A stretch of DNA of 64,000 bases from Candidatus Sysuiplasma jiujiangense (GTDB lineage: Archaea; Thermoplasmatota; Thermoplasmata; Sysuiplasmatales; Sysuiplasmataceae), in contig JAHEAD010000005.1 in assembly GCA_019721075.1 (NCBI GenBank), forward strand, positions 1 through 64,000, written 5' to 3'. Made by a program: the position numbers and the translations under genes. How positions within the stretch are numbered: the stretch's first letter is position 1; each line of letters starts with the position of its first letter. The notes under the pieces are model-generated. The model saw nothing but the letters and a program-made list of their open reading frames with translations, was not told the origin of the DNA and made no database searches. Below are positions 61,733 through 64,000 of this stretch, in pieces.

Positions 61733-63535
61733 TTATTTAGACCCTCCTCTGTTTGCACCTGTCTCGTCGGATAGTTTTCCGGCATCCTTATACTTTCTTG
61801 CAATTTCCCTGTACCTCGTGTGCAGTCTTTTCACGGTCCTGTTTTCAGCTGCAATATCCGGCCTGGCATCTGTATTCTCTTCAAGATCGTATATGTATAC
61901 CTTCCCCCTCAAGAGCGACACTATACCCGCTATGGCCGAAAGTATCGCGCTTACCAGAAAAGCCTCGCGTAGCGCATTCATGAACGGATTTGCAATCACG
62001 GACGGAAACCAGTGCTTCCCTGTAAGCAGGGCATATGTTGCGGGAGACAGGGATGAAGTCAGCGAAGGGTAAGCTGCCAGCATTGTCAATATAGGATTAT
62101 AGCCAAGAAACGCCGAGAACAATTCGCCTGTCGCCGGCAATGATCGAATTATTGCAATCAGCTGTGAAGAGGCGCCGGCTGAGGCGAGGGCTGAAGAAAT
62201 GGCGCCGGGCAACGAGGAGGTGAGAGCATCGATAATTATGATGAAGAATATCGCGAGACTCACAGTCTGACCGGAATTCTGGAGCGTTGCCCTCATGCCT
62301 GAAGCTGCGCCCCTTTGTTCGGGCGGAACGGAATTCATTATCGAGGCAGTGTTTGGCGCGGCAAACATACCCATTCCTATGCCCTGCATCAAAAGCAGAA
62401 GACCAAATTCCCAGTACTGGAAATCATATGGCAGGAGAAGAAAGAGGAGGAAAGAAAGAGTTGCAATGCCCATGCCGGCAGTTGACAGAAACCTCGCTCC
62501 GTGCCTGTCAGACAGCCACCCGCTCAGTGGGCCCATTATGATGAAGCCGACCATCATCGGCAGCATATAGATGCCTGCCCAGAACGGTGTCGACGAATAG
62601 CTGTATCCATGCAGCGGAAGCCAGATACCCTGAAGGAGAATTATGAGCATGATCATCATGCCGCCTCTTGCAATTGCAGCAAGCATGCCCGCAAAGTTCG
62701 CAGCCGTGAATATCCTTCTCTTGAAAAGTCTCAGGTTGAACATTGGCTGTTCAACCTTCAATTCAACAAACGGGAAAATAATGAGCAGCGCCAGGCCTCC
62801 GAAAACAGATGCGGCAACCCATGGACTTGACCATCCCATGCTGGCTTTTCCGTAAGGCATCAAACCATACGTCACACCAATTAAAAGCAGTGTCAGGCCC
62901 GCGGCGAATGTTGTGTTGCCGGCGATGTCTATCCTGCTCTTCCGCTCAGGCTTTACCAGTTCCCTGAGTTTATAGTATGACCAGAGCGTTCCGAACAGCC
63001 CGAACGGAACGCTTACGAGAAAAACATATCTCCAGTCATAGGATGCGAGAACGCCGCCGAGAATAAGACCGACAAGTGAGCCCGCGAGAGCCGCAATCTG
63101 GTTTACGCCGAGTGCCTTACCGCGTTCGTTGTGCGGAAACGCGTCAGTCAGAATCGCAGCGCTGTTGGAAAAGAGAAATGCTCCTCCTATGCCCTGAACG
63201 ATCCTGAAGAGTATGATGAAGTTGGCTGCAGTGTCCCCCCTCCCGGGGGTGAGAGACAGTGCAATTGAACCGATTGTAAAGATGGCGAAGCCCATGTTGT
63301 AGAGTTTGACCCTTCCGAATATGTCAGACAGTCTCCCGAATGTCACGAGAAGGGTTGCTGTAACAATATTGTAGCCAAACAATATCCAGAGAAGGTACTG
63401 GAACGAGGTGAGCGGATTTATGCCTATGCCCTTGAAAATTGCAGGGAGCGAAATTAAAATTATTGTGCTGTTTATCATCGCCATCATAACACCAAGCGTG
63501 GTGTTTGAAAGCGCGACCCATTTGTATTCAACCAT
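61733..63535 (-). CDS. MFS drug-efflux-type transporter (DHA2/EmrB-like)
   Basis: GRLSD.FGR, R.VQG.GGA, ERGKALG, WR.VF.V.VP.G and G.LSDRHG.R motifs. Confidence 0.92.
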   Translation of the reverse strand: MVEYKWVALSNTTLGVMMAMINSTIILISLPAIFKGIGINPLTSFQYLLWILFGYNIVTATLLVTFGRLSDIFGRVKLYNMGFAIFTIGSIALSLTPGRGDTAANFIILFRIVQGIGGAFLFSNSAAILTDAFPHNERGKALGVNQIAALAGSLVGLILGGVLASYDWRYVFLVSVPFGLFGTLWSYYKLRELVKPERKSRIDIAGNTTFAAGLTLLLIGVTYGLMPYGKASMGWSSPWVAASVFGGLALLIIFPFVELKVEQPMFNLRLFKRRIFTAANFAGMLAAIARGGMMIMLIILLQGIWLPLHGYSYSSTPFWAGIYMLPMMVGFIIMGPLSGWLSDRHGARFLSTAGMGIATLSFLLFLLLPYDFQYWEFGLLLLMQGIGMGMFAAPNTASIMNSVPPEQRGAASGMRATLQNSGQTVSLAIFFIIIIDALTSSLPGAISSALASAGASSQLIAIIRSLPATGELFSAFLGYNPILTMLAAYPSLTSSLSPATYALLTGKHWFPSVIANPFMNALREAFLVSAILSAIAGIVSLLRGKVYIYDLEENTDARPDIAAENRTVKRLHTRYREIARKYKDAGKLSDETGANRGGSK

Positions 63536-63538
63536 AAC

Positions 63539-63554
63539 AGTTAAGTGTTTAACT
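63539..63554. promoter_or_regulatory. Palindrome AGTTAA-N4-TTAACT, candidate MarR operator
   Basis: Perfect 6-4-6 inverted repeat between the TATA box (TTTATAATA on the minus strand, about 63561-63569) and the MFS ATG at 63535. Confidence 0.55.
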
Positions 63555-63741
63555 ACCTACTATTATAAATCATTGACGAGCCTCAACTTTGTTTTACTGA
63601 AGCAGTTTTATAGCTTCATTTCCCCGCACTGATTTTCTTTTTAACGATTCCTGTACCACTGAAATCGGTAAACGCTACATTTTTCGCATGTGCTTTCAGA
63701 TGTTGATTCTCTGATGTGTCAGTGGGTTGACACGAAAGGTC

Positions 63742-64000
63742 TTATTCAATATGCGGGGCAATCTTCGCCACGTTTGCCTCGGGCATTTTACCGAAAAAGC
63801 GGTGATACAGGTAGACATTGAAGAAGTTGAGGACAACTGCCATCTCGAAAGGGATCGAAACGGGATAGGCATCCTGGATGGCACCTGATGACAGGGAAGC
63901 GGCAACCGCGGGAAAGAGCCGCGCGGATTGATTGGTTCCCGTGGCAAACGATCTGGACTGTTCGCTCACCAGGTTCATCATCAGCGACTGCTGCGAGGGA
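63742..64000 (-). CDS. C-terminal part of a probable MFS transporter (starts beyond the right edge)
   Basis: Open frame from the edge: PSQQSLMMNLVSEQSRSFATGTNQSARLFP..., resembling MFS TM10-12. Confidence 0.6.
   Translation of the reverse strand, partial: PSQQSLMMNLVSEQSRSFATGTNQSARLFPAVAASLSSGAIQDAYPVSIPFEMAVVLNFFNVYLYHRFFGKMPEANVAKIAPHIE

Overview
Archaeal chromosomal window, probably from Thermoplasmatota (inferred from tricorn protease, Sec61beta, PAC2, Trm112, RAD55/KaiC ATPases, TATA-led leaderless genes and GGTG-type SD motifs). Most of it is housekeeping and metabolic. Left part: purM, kdpFABC plus a tandem-USP gene, thrC-like/MoaD pair, gdhA, htpX, a three-gene KaiC-like cluster, an ABC exporter, pdxS, SPFH/NfeD genes and a tricorn-led peptide-catabolism cluster. 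Right part: pncA/pncB, a 2-oxoacid:ferredoxin oxidoreductase, PAC2 and MarR/MFS. An accessory-looking block at about 42-54 kb holds two orphan DNA methyltransferases, a hybrid histidine kinase, arsRB and a dps-like pseudogene. Reading the sequence directly revealed several elements missing from the ORF track: (1) a complete box C/D guide sRNA (27089-27150, minus strand) whose guides point to 16S C1402 and 23S G2581; (2) three genes whose conserved N-termini imply CTG initiation, each CTG overlapping an upstream TGA stop; (3) a stand-alone 18-aa lysine-rich peptide gene; (4) kdpF and Sec61beta; (5) the 5' part of an IS607-type serine transposase with an altered catalytic motif. I found no CRISPR array, tRNA, rRNA or unmistakable novel multi-gene system. 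All family calls are motif-based recognition without database searches.
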